Shown here in pieces: positions 42,071-51,811 of a stretch of DNA of 64,000 bases. The stretch comes from Octopus vulgaris (Eukaryota). The position numbers and the translations under genes were made by a program. The notes below the pieces were generated by a model. That model saw only the letters and a program-made list of their open reading frames with translations. It was not told where the DNA came from and searched no databases. Location: NCBI GenBank assembly GCA_951406725.2, contig OX597834.1, positions 33,170,001 through 33,234,000 on the forward strand, in the 5' to 3' direction. Each line of letters begins with the position of its first letter. The first letter of the stretch is position 1.

Positions 42071-42507
42071 ACAGATATTGTTTGGTGAAAAGCAGTTGAA
42101 GATAAATGCAGCATTCGTATCTGATGAAGTGTAACAATGCAGAAATGCATGCCTCCTACAATCCAAAGATGTGCTTTAAGAGATTTTATCTATGAGGAGA
42201 ATTTTCTCCCAAAACTATATTTCTGCAGCAAGTGACATTCTCATACTTTAACAGGTTAAATATGATTGTGTGCACACACCTTTATTTTTAGTATCGTTAT
42301 AGAAAGAGACAGGTTAGGACTGTTGGTCCATTTGCACCTGTAAGAAAGACATATGTGCTTCCGATATTCTTATCTCACAATGCATTGTTATATTTCTATT
42401 TCAAATTACAAAAGAAAACTAGATATCCTGTTTAATGTTGTTTAATATATATATATATATATATATACATACATGCATTTATCTCTCTCTTTTGCTTTCT
42501 GTATATA

Positions 42508-42564
<57 letters not shown>

Positions 42565-43053
42565 TTATTCATTCATTCATCATGTTGAACTGTTAACCTC
42601 TAAACATTTTTTTAAAAAATTTTCTCCCTTTTTTTCCTCTTAACCCTTTCTGTTAAAGAGCGTAGGCTCGAAACATCAAAGACTTTTCCATTGCTCCTGA
42701 GCATCAAACTAATACACCTGCTTGTTGTTCCCTCACCTGTCTTTGCCTCTTGTTTTCTGTAAATTTCAACTATATAAATATATATATATATATATATATG
42801 TCATGCTTAAGAAGAAGACCCATCAAAGCCAAGTAAAATCACAATCATAACAGATACTGGTGTCACACAAATGGCACCTGTGCCGGTGGCATGTAAAAGC
42901 ACCCGTTACACACTTGGAGCGGTTGGCATTAAGAAGGGCATCCAGTCATAGAAACCATGCCAAATCAGACTGGAGTCTGGTGCAGCCTTTCAGCTTGCCA
43001 GCCCTGGTCAGACTGTCCAACTCATGCCAACATGGACAACAAATGTTAAATGA

Positions 43054-43111
<58 letters not shown>

Positions 43112-43745
43112 TCATTTAACATTTAACATGTGTGTGTATGTATGTATGTGTATCTATTAACCCTTTTGACACCAATACCATGTTTTGAACTGATCTCAAA
43201 ATCCTTCCATCAGAATTTCCCATTAATTTGTTCCAAACATCAGCTTAATGATGATAAAGTCAACCAAATTCTTAATTTTCAAAATTAATTGAAACAAAAG
43301 CAGGGGGTTTCAACAGACATGGTAACTAAAGGATTAGACATACCGAAATGTGTCGATTAAATATTGTGTGTGTGTATATGTATGTGTGTGTGTTATGATC
43401 ATCATCATTTAATGTCCGTTTTCCATGCTGGCATGGGTTGGATGGTTTGATTGAGGTCTGGAGGGCCAGAGTCTGCACCAGGCTCCAATCTGATCTGGCA
43501 TGGTTTCTACAGCTGGATGCCCTTCCTAACGCCAACCACTCCGAGAGTGTAGTGGGTGCTTTTAACGTGCCACCGGCACAGGGGCCAATCAAGCAGGCCT
43601 GGCATCAATCACGTCCGGATGGTGCTTTTTACTGTATATATGTATGTATGAACTTCTTGGTGCATAGATATCTGACCCGTGCCTCCATATATGTGACAAG
43701 AGAAACTGTAAGATAACTGTTTGTCATCTTTTCTCTGTTTTCCAG

Positions 43746-43903
43746 AACCAAGACAATGACACACTGAAGGAATTGTTGAAGTGCAATGTGGACAAGTCTG
43801 TGAAGATGACCGTTTACAGCAGCAAGAGTCAGTCAGTACGTGAGGTGACGATCACTCCGAGCCATAAATGGGGGGGACAAGGATTGCTGGGGGTCAGTAT
43901 TCG
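43746..43903 (+). CDS. GORASP2: GRASP exon 3 ([53 protein letters not shown])
   Basis: TTTTCCAG acceptor, GTGAGT donor, 158 nt, phase 0-2. Confidence 0.96.
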
Positions 43904-43927
43904 GTGAGTATTTTTCTTTCACTGCAC

Positions 43928-43979
<52 letters not shown>

Positions 43980-43980
43980 C

Positions 43981-44015
<35 letters not shown>

Positions 44016-44281
44016 TATACATATATATATATATCTGTATCTATCTATCTATGTCTATCTATCTATCTATGTATCAATCTCCATATGTATATATCTGTCT
44101 ATGTCTATCCATCTGTCTGTTTGTCTCTCTTGTTCCCTCGTCTGGTTTCGACTGTTTCCTATTGGCTGTAGTTGTTATGCAGTGGAAATATGATAAACAA
44201 AAAGAAAAAAACGACAACACAAGGACGAGTTTGAACAAATGTTGTGTTCCGTCATTTAATGCTTAAATGAAGGAAGGGAAA

Positions 44282-44810
44282 TACATGGTGCATTCCAGCC
44301 ATTCTTCAGACTTTCTCAGGAGAGGCATTTATTAAACTCTAATCTCCTCTGACTTTAACCCTTTTGTTATCATATTTCTGTTGAGATGCTCTGTATTTCT
44401 TTCAATTAATTTTAAATAAAACAAAGAATTTAGTAAAATAACTTCGTTATCATTAAGCTTGTGTTAGGAGCATAAATTGTGACTAAGGTTTGGTGGAAGA
44501 TTTTAATTCAAAACTTATGAAAACAAGACATTTGTACTACAGAGTCAGTGGCGATTTCAGCCGGGTTGGTAACGAAAGGGTTAATGCACCTGTTGTATCA
44601 CACCAGCCACTTTGTGAAGGCCCCATGGGAGCCCTCCAGAGTGATGGTGTCTAGGACCCATCTCACAGCGTCCTTCATTGTCAAAACGACTGCCCCTGAG
44701 GTTCTCTTTCAACTTGGGAAACAACCAGAAGTCTGAACTGTAGGGAGAGAGAGAGAGAGAGGGACAGTTTTGATGTTCATCTCTGTCTAGGAGTTGGTTA
44801 TCAAGATCCC
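44282..44810 (-). mobile_element. Mariner transposase relic
   Basis: Minus-strand PYSSDFWLFPKLKENLRGSRF is a collapsed YSPDLAP.DF.LFP.LK motif. TIR-like end near 44282. Confidence 0.75.
44359..44580. mobile_element. piggyBac-type MITE family 1, intact, inside a mariner relic
   Basis: TTAA TSD at 44355-44358 and 44581-44584, with TIRs. Reverse-oriented relatives near 20286-20500 and 43157-43335. Confidence 0.88.
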
Positions 44811-45089
44811 AGGAACAAGCTTTGAGCATGTTCAGATCTTCGAGAATAATTCCATGTACAGATGCCCCACCAACCGCAAACTGTATGTTTATTGCCTTTA
44901 TAGACACATAATGGTCTTCATCCAGAAAATTGAGAAATACGTATATTTATTTACGAAGTTTGTTTAGCAAGATTCCTGATGTGAAGTCAGGTGTTGAAAC
45001 AGATATTATTGTATTTCGGGATGGTCATTTTCTTTTCTTTTTTTTTGCCAAATAAACACTCGCAATATATATTTTACCTTATTTTATTA

Positions 45090-45335
45090 TTTTAACTCAT
45101 GTCCATTGTCCAGGAATCTTTCGTCACACATCTGTGACCTCTTCAGCGACACTTTTCGTTTTCGTGTGTGTTCTTGCTCCACTTGCTCCATTCTGTTCTT
45201 GCAGATATTTGTCCCATCACTTTACATTCTGAATGGAATAAGTGGAGCAAGAGCACACACGATGATGGAAAGTGTCACTGAAGAGGTCACAGATGTGTGG
45301 TGAAAGATTTCCAGACAGTGGACATGAGTTAGAAT
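45090..45335. repeat. Inverted repeat with paired hammerhead-like cores upstream of exon 4
   Basis: Arms at about 45090-45197 and 45233-45335. Confidence 0.85.
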
Positions 45336-45505
45336 AAGAACAGAAATAAACAAGTGTAGAACAAAATATATAGTGTGCGTGTTTATTTGGCAAAGAGAAA
45401 ACAGACAAAAAAAACAAATGATTATCCCAAAATACAGCAGTATTTTATATATGTATATATATATATATATGTATATGTGATGTTTTCTCTCTTTCTCTCC
45501 TCCAG

Positions 45506-45551
45506 ATTCTGCTCTTTTGAAGGTGCTAACGAAAATGTCTGGCACATTTTG
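45506..45551 (+). CDS. GORASP2: GRASP exon 4 (FCSFEGANENVWHIL)
   Basis: CTCCTCCAG acceptor, GTGAGT donor, 46 nt, phase 2-0. Confidence 0.95.
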
Positions 45552-45854
45552 GTGAGTCTTCAACTTTCCCTTGCTTCTGTTTTTCATTTACAAATATTGT
45601 TCTGTTCTCTCTTTTCTTCTCCCACCCCCTCCTTTACTTGCTGGCAGAATTGCTAAAGCATCAGAAGAAATGCCTTGCAGGTATCTGTTGCATTACTTTA
45701 TGTTCTGAGTTCAAATCCTGCTGAGGCCAACTGGTGCCAATGGAATCCTTTCCAAGTTGCTGGCTTTCTGCCCTAAATTAGAAACAATTATTATTATAAA
45801 GGTGGTGCCCCAGCATGGCCGCAGTTAAATGACTGAAACAAGTAAAAGAGTATT

Positions 45855-46410
45855 ACTACGGCGTAGGTATGGTCATGTGTTGCATTTGGATGAGGACAGC
45901 TGTGTGAAGAAGTGTCACACCCTAATAGTGGAGGGAACCTGTGGAAGAGGTAGACCCAGGAACACCTGGGACGAGGTGGTGGAGCACGACCATCGAATGT
46001 TGGGCCTCACGGAGGCAATGACAAGTGACTGAGACGTTTGGAGATATGCTGTGCTTGAGAAGACCCAACAAGTCAAGTGAGATCGCAGCCATGGCCGATG
46101 CCAGTGTCACATATCTGGCCTGTTTAAAAGTGCCCTTCAGTCATCAGGCTGTGCTTGAGAAGACCTGTTGAGTCAAGTGAAATCGTAGTTATGGCTGATG
46201 CCAGTGCTGCCTGACTGGCACCTGTGCCGGGGGCACATAAAAAGCACCCACTACACTCTTGGAGTGGTTGGCGTTAGGAAGAGCATCCCGCTGTAGAAAC
46301 ACTGCCAGATCAGATTGGAGCCTGGTGAAGCCTCTTGACTTGACAGTCCACAGTCAATCCGTCCAACACATGCCTGCACAGAAAGCAGATGTTAAACGAT
46401 GATGATGATG
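45855..46410 (+). mobile_element. RTE LINE 3' end: ORF C-terminus plus 3' UTR ending in (GAT)n
   Basis: YGHVLHLDEDSCVKKC...EGTCGRGRPRNTWDEVV runs into the abundant GGCACGTAAAAAGCACC...ACGTTAAACGATGATGAT module. UTR-only copies at 17195, 23095, 24150, 24850, 27780, 42810, 43400(-), 60170 and 62610(-). Confidence 0.85.
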
Positions 46411-46614
46411 TGGCAAGCTCTCAGAATCACTAACACGATGGATAAACTGCTTAGCAGCATTTTGTTTGTCTTAGCGTTCCAAGTTCAAATTCCACTGAGC
46501 TCGATTTTGCCTTTCGTCCTTTCAGGGTCGACAAGTACCAGTTGCATATCGGGATCAATGTAGTTAATTTATCCCCTTCCTCGAAATTGCTGGCCTTGTG
46601 CCAAAATTTGAAAT

Positions 46615-46945
46615 TATTACCTCTGCCTTAGCAAAGGTGGAGGTATTGTTTTTAGTTGTGTTTGCTTGCTTGTTTGTTTGTCCGTGGACAAAAATATCTC
46701 AAGAACTGCTGAATGGATTCGAATGAAACTTTCAGGGATGTTTGGCCTCATGACTGGCACAAACTGATTAGATTTTGGGACCAATCTGGTACCAGACAAG
46801 GATTCTGGATTATCTTACCTTGTTTTTTACTTAGTTTTTGAGAGTGGTCAGGTTCATTTTTAGTATTCTCTTATGTGAGAGCAGTTGAGTTTATTTCAGA
46901 TGTTCTCATTTTAAAAATAATCTCTGGCTAATTGTTGAGAGGACT
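46615..46945 (+). mobile_element. Helentron-associated / DINE-1-like non-autonomous element
   Basis: TTACCTCTGCC...GGAGGTATTG, a (TGTT) microsatellite, then GGATT..GATGAAACTTTCAGG...GATTAGATTTTGG, which is the layout typical of HINE/DINE elements. Family assignment is from recall. Confidence 0.6.
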
Positions 46946-46966
46946 TTTATTGTTGTTATTTAACAG

Positions 46967-47053
46967 GAGGTTCACCCTAACTCACCTGCTGACTTGGCCA
47001 GTCTACGATCCAACACAGATTACATTATTGGGGCAGATTCTGTATTACATGAG
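46967..47053 (+). CDS. GORASP2: GRASP exon 5 (EVHPNSPADLASLRSNTDYIIGADSVLHE), PDZ2
   Basis: TTTAACAG acceptor, GTAAGT donor, 87 nt, phase 0-0. Confidence 0.95.
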
Positions 47054-47059
47054 GTAAGT

Positions 47060-47097
<38 letters not shown>

Positions 47098-47907
47098 CTC
47101 CTTCTTCTGTTGCATGTCTTCTTGCTTCACAGTTTCATCTCATTTCTTCAGCTGTGACCATCTGTGTGTGTGTGTGTGTGTGTGAGATTACATATTTGTC
47201 TGTGTAGTAGGATGTTTGCCTGTGTGTGTGTGTGAGTGAGAGAGAGAGAGAGAGGCAGAGAGAGAGAGAGAGGGAGGCAGAGATTAAATGTTGGTCTGTA
47301 TGGTGTGTGTATGACTACAAGTCTCTATGTTGTGTGTGTGTGGTTGTGATTTTGTTTCTGCATACTTGTGTGTGTGTCTCTTTTCCCCTTCAGCCACTCA
47401 CACAATCATCATCATCATCACTTCTTACTCTGCATTACTAATTCTACCTCTACCTATACACTACTGCTACATACCACCACCACCACAATACCAGTCACAC
47501 TATTACCATACAGCACACCACCACCACCACGCACATCCCAGCCACCACCACACACTTCCCAGCCACCACCACACACATCCCAGCCATCACCACACACATA
47601 CGGACGAGACGGTGAAGATGCTGACGACCGCTCAGTTCAAAGTCTCCCTTGACCACAAGTGGCCTGAACTCTTTACATGAACACCACCCTGTACATAACT
47701 CCATGTCCCCCTACATGGCCTTGCTTTTTTGCTTTTTGAGCCAAAAAATTAACTAACATACCACCACCACGACACACATCCCAGCCACCACCCCCACTAA
47801 TACCCCTGCTGCCACCTATCATGTACCCCCCCTCTGCTGTGTTAATCACCAATCTATATATACAAACGTGTTTGTGTGTCTGTATATGTTTTTTGTTTTC
47901 GTTGCAG

Positions 47908-48038
47908 TCTGAAGATCTGTTCACATTAATAGAGTCTTACGAAGGCAAACCTCTCAAGTTGTATGTCTATAATACTGACTCAGACAGCTGTCGTGAGGTG
48001 ACCATCACCCCAAATAACCAGTGGGGTGGCGAAGGAAG
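47908..48038 (+). CDS. GORASP2: GRASP exon 6 ([44 protein letters not shown])
   Basis: GTTGCAG acceptor, GTAACT donor, 131 nt, phase 0-2. Confidence 0.96.
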
Positions 48039-48181
48039 GTAACTATCTGAACATCTTCTCAAACCTTTTTGTTCTTGATTTTTAAATTGCTGTTTTTCTT
48101 TCTGGATTAGAATCAACACAGTTAGGGACCTAAATTCAAGGAAGCTGGATCATGTCTTTAAACAGGGTTTTGATATACACC

Positions 48182-48215
<34 letters not shown>

Positions 48216-48221
<6 letters not shown>

Positions 48222-48337
48222 TTTATAGAAGGAGCTTCTACAGGACTAGAACTGTTTCATTCAAAATCATCAGGAAGCATGATTTCATTGGAATGAAACC
48301 GTTCTAGTCCTGTAGAAGCTCCTTCTATAAAATAAAT
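48216..48337. repeat. Inverted repeat A (about 47-bp arms)
   Basis: 48216-48262 is the reverse complement of 48291-48337 with one mismatch. Confidence 0.9.
48234..48278 (-). ncRNA. Type I hammerhead ribozyme motif with a true stem III
   Basis: GCTTC-CTGATGA-(shortened stem II)-GAAA-CAG(ttctagtc)CTG-TA-GAAGC, with a GUA cleavage triplet. Confidence 0.7.
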
Positions 48338-48460
48338 TAATTTACTCTGCTATGTATTGAGTACCTTATTTACTGTGGTTAACCCCGACTCAACTCAGGA
48401 CCTACATATATATATATATATATATATATACGGGTGTGTGTGATTGTGTATAGAAGAATA

Positions 48461-48880
48461 TATTTATAAAAGGAATTCCAACCTTGTCTGATTTTCACGT
48501 TTTATTTACAATCTTATAATGATATAACGTAAGATAATATAATATATTAAAATAAAATAGTAGAATGTTAAATGTTCATTCTGATTGAACTAGTACTTTC
48601 ATGCATTAAATTCTGCAATCTTCAGGTTCATTCAGTGATGTTTGGCCTCATGACTGGCACGAACTGATTAGATTTTGGGATTGATCTGATACCGGACAAT
48701 CTTCATGAACCTGAAGATTGCAGAATTTAATGCATGAAAGTACTAGTTCAATCAGAATGAACATTTAACATTCTACTATTTTATTTTATTCTATTATATT
48801 ATATTATCTTATATTATATCATTATAAGATTGTAAATAAAACGTGAAAATCAGACAAGGTTGGAATTCCTTTTATTAATA
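48461..48880. repeat. Inverted repeat B (about 170-bp arms, about 73-bp spacer)
   Basis: 48461-48631 versus 48705-48880, near-perfect. Confidence 0.92.
48706..48750 (+). ncRNA. Minimal type I hammerhead ribozyme motif (Penelope-like)
   Basis: TGAAC-CTGAAGA-T-TGCA(gaatttaa)TGCA-T-GAAA-GTAC-TA-GTTCA: 5-bp stem I, intact core, palindromic stem III (AGTACT). Predicted cut after 48745. Identical copy on the minus strand at 48586-48630. Confidence 0.75.
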
Positions 48881-48897
48881 TATATATACATATACAC

Positions 48898-49292
48898 AAT
48901 TTTTTTAAGAATGAGATAAAAAACCAAGGAGGTGAAGATTTTAGAACATTTATAAATAGGTCTTACATCTGTTTCCAGGATATTTATTATGTCCCTTCAT
49001 CGGAGACAGTGTGAGAGAATGGTTAAGCAATAGTTAATTTAGATAAGATACGAAATAGAGAGTGAAGTGGGGGAATGAAAATAGACGTGAGATATGCAGG
49101 GATATTGCATTCCACTTCACTCTCTCTTTCGTATCTTATCTAAATTAACTATTGCTCAACCACTTTTTCACACCGTCTCTGTTGAAGGGATATAATAAAT
49201 ATCCTGGAAACAGCTGTAAGACCTTCCATTTATAAATGTTCTAAAAGCTACACAGCCTTGATTTTTTTATCTCATTCTGAAAAAAAAATTTT
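48898..49292. repeat. Inverted repeat C (about 175-bp arms, about 40-bp spacer)
   Basis: 48898-49070 versus 49112-49292, moderately diverged. Confidence 0.9.
49175..49222 (+). ncRNA. Minimal hammerhead motif with variant core CTGTTGA
   Basis: GTCT-CTGTTGA-AGGGATAT(aataa)ATATCCTG-GAAA-CAGCTG-TA-AGAC. The partner on the minus strand at 48960-49007 has CCGATGA. Confidence 0.65.
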
Positions 49293-49429
49293 ATATATAC
49301 ACACTGATATCTGACCTACGTTGGACTCCTTGTTCGCATAATCACCGAACCTGGAGCTTAACTATGGTCTATCCATAGCACTTACTCAGCATTACCTGAC
49401 ACTTTGTGGTCTTACTGACACCATTACCT

Positions 49430-49476
<47 letters not shown>

Positions 49477-49499
49477 GATGGCTGTAATGTCCTTACTGA

Positions 49500-49750
49500 A
49501 GCCCTTCTTTCCCTATGGGGTGTAGACCATCAATGACTCTTTTTTTCCTCATTCTGTTCAACTCTGAGCTGTCTTTTTTACTTCTCTCCTGTTAGATCCC
49601 TGCTTTTTCATTTCTGCCCCATTGACCCTCCTCTTGCTACTTTCAGCCCCTTCCACCTCCCTTGTGTATCCCAGGTAACAGCCTGGTGTGTAATGCAGGA
49701 TGTTGGGTTTTCATTCTTCCTTTATATGTTACCCTGGGGGAAGGCCTTCC
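49500..49750 (-). mobile_element. Old RTE 3' fragment
   Basis: Minus-strand CITHQAVTWDTQG resembles the RTE ITRQALTWNPQG motif. Confidence 0.5.
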
Positions 49751-50215
49751 TCTCCCAAGTTTTGTTGGTTTTGAATACTCATTGGTGCTTCTGTAACTTA
49801 GCCCCTTTTTGTTTCTAAGTAGGGGTGTTGGTCCTACAAAATCTCATTGTTACCTCTGGGAAGATGTGGTCCATATTAATTTGGCCTCTATTCTTTGACC
49901 TGTACAGTACTTTTTTTTATGTGACACCATCACTGGTAAAGTCCCCAAGTAGCTCACAACACACGACCCCTCAACTGAGTGGAGTATATATATATATATA
50001 TATATATATACTTTAGAACTTTTTGCTACATTCTGCATTATTAAATGTTGCTGCTAATTTATCCTACATTATCAAATGCCATTGCTACATTATTAAATGT
50101 TGTTGCTAATTTATCCTGCATTATCAAATGCCATTGCTACATTATTCAAATCCTAAATTTACTGAATGCCAATGTTTTCTTCTGTTTCATTTCCTTCGCT
50201 CCGCATCGCACACAG

Positions 50216-50345
50216 TCTCGGTTGTGGTATTGGTTTTGGCTACCTGCACAGAATTCCTAAACGTCAGTTCCCATCAAGTATAAACGCCACTACATCGGTA
50301 ACAGCACCTGAACTACCCACTAAGACTGTTGATGGATTTTCTGAG
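50216..50345 (+). CDS. GORASP2: GRASP exon 7 (LGCGIGFGYLHRIPKRQFPSS...DGFSE)
   Basis: CACAG acceptor after a pyrimidine tract, GTTTGT donor, 130 nt, phase 2-0. DGFSE resembles the vertebrate DGFTE exon end as I recall it. Confidence 0.93.
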
Positions 50346-50394
50346 GTTTGTAGATCACATCTATCATTAACTCTTTCATTGATTTTTACATTAA

Positions 50395-50573
50395 CCTGTT
50401 AGCATTTAAACTGGCTGCATCTGGCCTCTCACACTTACCCTACAATGTCATTCTAAAAACATGCCCTTTGCATCATTGAAATCTTGAAGCTGTGAGACAA
50501 TGCATGATTAATTTTTTAAAAATCAATGTAAATGAAAAGAATGACATTTGACAAGAATCTGAATGCTAAAGGG
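50395..50573. mobile_element. piggyBac-type MITE family 2, 50 nt downstream of exon 7
   Basis: TTAA at 50391-50394 and 50574-50577, homologous to 35211-35424. Confidence 0.82.
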
Positions 50574-51741
50574 TTAATAAATAACTGGAATGGTTTTATG
50601 AGATTCCAAAAATGTGAAGGTGTGTCAGTGGAAAATTTGCTGCAAGGACAAAAAAAGATTCTATTTCAAATCTCAGATTTGTAGAAGAAAAGTATGTGTG
50701 TTGTTTTATTAACATTTTAATAGCTACTTTTCCCAGCTTGCATGCGTAGATGAGATTTCATTGAGATAGAATTTTCTATGGCTGAACGCCCTGTCTGCTG
50801 CCCTTTCTATGGCTGAACGCCCTGTCTGTTTCCAAGCAAGATAATAATCCTCACCATTTATCAAAAAATGGTAACTCAAATTTTTGTAGAACCACCACAC
50901 ACACAAAATGGGCAGAGGGCGTGGGTGTATGGAGTTCGCTTTACAAGGCCTTGTGAGTGGATTTAGTTGGCAGAAAATAAAATAAACTCATATATAAAAG
51001 AAACTATATAGGCATAGGTGTGGCTGTCTTAAGAAGCTTACTTCCCTACCACATGGTTCCAGGTTCAATCCTACTGTATGGCACCTTGGGCAAGTGTCTT
51101 CTACTGTAGCCTTGTGAGTGGATTTAGTAGACAGAAACTGAAAGAAGCCTGTCGTATGTATATATATTTATATCTCTGTTGGTGTGTTTATGTCCCTGTA
51201 ACTCCGTGGTTCAGCAAAGGAGTGATAGATTGACTACCAGGTTTAACAAAAAAATAGGTACTGGGGATGATTTATTTGACAGAAAAGAAAAATTGTTCAA
51301 GGCAGTGCCCCAGCATGGCCACAGTCTAATGACTGGAACAAGAAGATAAAAGATGTGTGTGTGTACATGTGGTGACTATAAATGAGCCTCACTGTGATAC
51401 AATCCATGTTAATTTCTAGTCTTCCATGAGGAAATAATGTCTTGCATTGGAAACCAGAAGGACAACCTACCATAGAAACTCTGCCTCAACAAATTCCATT
51501 TGACACATGGAAGCATGGGCAAGTGGACATTGAAATCTCCAACATGTTATACTTTCGCTACATAGTGTCTGGTAATGTGGTTCTGTATCATTTCATTGCA
51601 TGTGCTGAACTGGTAAAGCTGTACAGGAGGATAGTCACGTGTAGGATACTGTAACAAGGAGTGGCTGTATGGAGTGTAGTCACATGTCTAAGGTTGTACG
51701 TGTAGCCACAAATTATCTCTACCGTTTTTTTTTTCCTGTAG

Positions 51742-51811
51742 GTGTCGCTATCATCAACACCTCAGCCTGCTGGACTGGTACAAGGCATGGCTAATATGTC
51801 ACTGAATACAG
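51742..51811 (+). CDS. GORASP2: GRASP exon 8 (VSLSSTPQPAGLVQGMANMSLNT-G)
   Basis: T-run plus CCTGTAG acceptor, GTATGT donor, 70 nt, phase 0-1, frame continuous. Confidence 0.85.

Noticed and set aside
47327-47680. His/Pro-rich ORFs in intron 5
   Set aside because: They come from CAC/CCA repeats and a 21-bp minisatellite. Exons 5 and 6 join in frame without them.
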